Position numbers and translations under genes: made by a program. Shown in pieces: positions 62,174-64,000 of a DNA stretch of 64,000 nt. Position 1 is the stretch's first letter, and the number at the start of each line of letters is the position of its first letter. This DNA comes from Protoeuglena noctilucae (taxonomy: Eukaryota): assembly GCA_958009085.1 (NCBI GenBank), contig OY253673.1, positions 1,178,001 through 1,242,000 of the forward strand, read 5' to 3'. The notes below the pieces were generated by a model, which was given only the letters and a program-made list of their open reading frames with translations, was not told where the DNA came from and did not search any database.

Positions 62174-64000
62174 ATGCTAGCGAGGGTTTTACCCACTTCT
62201 TCCCCTTGCAATCAATTTCGCGCGGAGGCGCTTCCGCTGACCAGCAGCCGCATCCTTTTCGCCCGAAAGTCGCCCGAGATGAGGTCCCGACGGCTGTTGG
62301 CCGCGCTGGGCCGGCCCGTCTCGCTGGGCCGGCCAGCGGACGGGGCGCAGCCTTTCTCGGCCCAAGCTGCGCCAAAGCAGGAGGACCTGGTGCCCGTGTT
62401 CGTCGATGGGAAGCAGGTCAATGTTCCGAAGGGCGCGTCGGTCCTGCAGGCGTGCGATGCGGCGGGGATCGACATTCCAAGGTGCGCTCCGAGTCCGTGC
62501 ACGTAGGACGCACTCGGGCAGTGGCGGGCTGGGCCTCAGCGCGTCGGCCGCGCCAGCTGATGGCCTGCGCGCGGAGGGGGGCCCCGCCCCGCCCTCTCCG
62601 CCGGGGACAGCGGGCGCGAGTGAGCCATCGCTTTTCGTACGCAGGTTCTGCTACCATCCGCGCCTCTCCATTGCCGGGAACTGCCGCATGTGCTTGGTCG
62701 AGGTGGGGCGCAGGCCCTTGCCACCCCCCGTCCCTGCCTTCCGCGGCCCGCGCGAGCGCCAGCGCGCTTCACGAAGATGCTCAGTCATGCTCCTTTCCGC
62801 CCTGCAATTCGACGGCCGCGGACGCGCACGCAGGTCGAGAAGGCGCCGAAGCCCGTCGCGTCGTGCGCCTTCCCCATCATGCCCAACATGAGCATCAAGA
62901 CCAACACGCCGACGGTGAAGAAGGCTCGCGAGGGCGTCATGGAGTTCCTGCTCATCAACCACCCCCTGGACTGCCCCATCTGCGACCAGGGCGGCGAGTG
63001 CGACTTGCAGGACCAGGCCATGTCGTTTGGGTCGGACCGCTCGCGCTTCACAGAGATGAAGGTGCGTGCGCGGCCGCGGCTGAACGTGCGCGCGCCACTA
63101 CCCGATCGGCGCCAGGGCCGCGTGGCTCCAGAGTCTCCCTATCTGGGGCGCACAGACCGAGGCGCTGTGCACCCCGCCTCCGCCCCTTTGCAGCGCTCGG
63201 TGGAGGACAAGAACCTCGGCCCGCTGGTGAAGACGGTCATGACGCGGTGCATCCACTGCACGCGCTGCGTGCGCTTCGCGAACGAGGTGGCGGGGGTGCC
63301 GGACCTGGGCATGACGGGCCGCGGGCGCGACTCGGAGATCGGCACGTACGTCGAGAAGCTCATGGCGTCGGAGCTGTCCGGCAACGTGATCGACCTGTGC
63401 CCGGTGGGCGCCCTGACGTCCAAGCCGTCGGCCTTCACCTACCGGAACTGGGAGCTGCGGCCGACCGAGACGATCGACGTGTCGGACGGCCTCGGGAGCA
63501 GCATCCGCGTGGACGCCCGGGGCACCGAGATCATCCGCATCGTGCCGCGGCTCAACGAGGAGGTGAACGAGGAGTGGATCTCGGACAAGGCGCGGTTCCA
63601 GTACGACGGTCTCAAGCGGCAGCGGCTCACGGTGCCGTACGTCAAGGCGGGCGAGGGGTCCGCGCCGCTGCGGCCGTCCAAGTGGCCCGAGGCCGTCGCG
63701 GCGGCGGCAGCGCTCCTGAAGGGCGCCGACCCGGCCCGCGTTCGCTTCGTCGCCGGCAAGCTGACGGACGTGGAGACGCTCGTGGCGGCGCGGGACCTCC
63801 TGGCGCGGCTCGGCGGCGGCGACGCGCGGTTCGAGGCGCTCCCGGCGGACCTGAGCCCCGACCTCCGCTCCACGTACGTCATGAACGCGGGCATCTGGGG
63901 CCTGGAGGACGCCGACGCGGTGCTGCTGGTGGGCACCAACACCCGCCTCGAGGCGCCGGTGCTCAACGCGCGCATCCGCCGCGTCACCACGACGGGCACG
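62174..64000 (+). CDS. NDUFS1: NADH:ubiquinone oxidoreductase 75 kDa subunit (5' part; runs off the window)
   Basis: [72 protein letters not shown] and NEEWISDK. Confidence 0.97.

Overview
This is gene-dense, very GC-rich eukaryotic nuclear DNA with many short spliceosomal introns and the standard genetic code. The mix of plastid-targeted, mitochondrial and chromatin genes points to a compact green-algal (chlorophyte) genome; the species cannot be determined from sequence alone. About 26 protein-coding genes were assembled by hand from split ORFs. In order they are: a PHR1/PSR1-like MYB-CC 3' end, GAF-PAS-Raf-like kinase, uL15m, BASS2, NSE1, a SET-Tudor protein, CYP37, divergent intronless H2A/H2B, spermidine synthase, OTC, TMEM97-like, COG0212/MTHFSD-like, mL53, nucleoplasmin-like, a TM-RING E3, OTU, CtpA, an unknown 4-TM protein, a SLOG protein, NEET, ARM, WD40, a coiled-coil protein, CARNMT1 and NDUFS1. 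The strongest non-coding signal is that both histone genes end in the same 6-bp/4-nt stem-loop followed by an identical 11-mer (CCGGAAGTCGG) at histone-downstream-element spacing, which hints at a U7-like 3'-processing system in an alga. At least 13 GC-AG introns also suggest an unusually high use of GC donors. No mobile elements, CRISPR arrays, tRNA or rRNA were found. Exon boundaries are manual inferences, and most long ORFs in the supplied track are GC-rich shadow ORFs.
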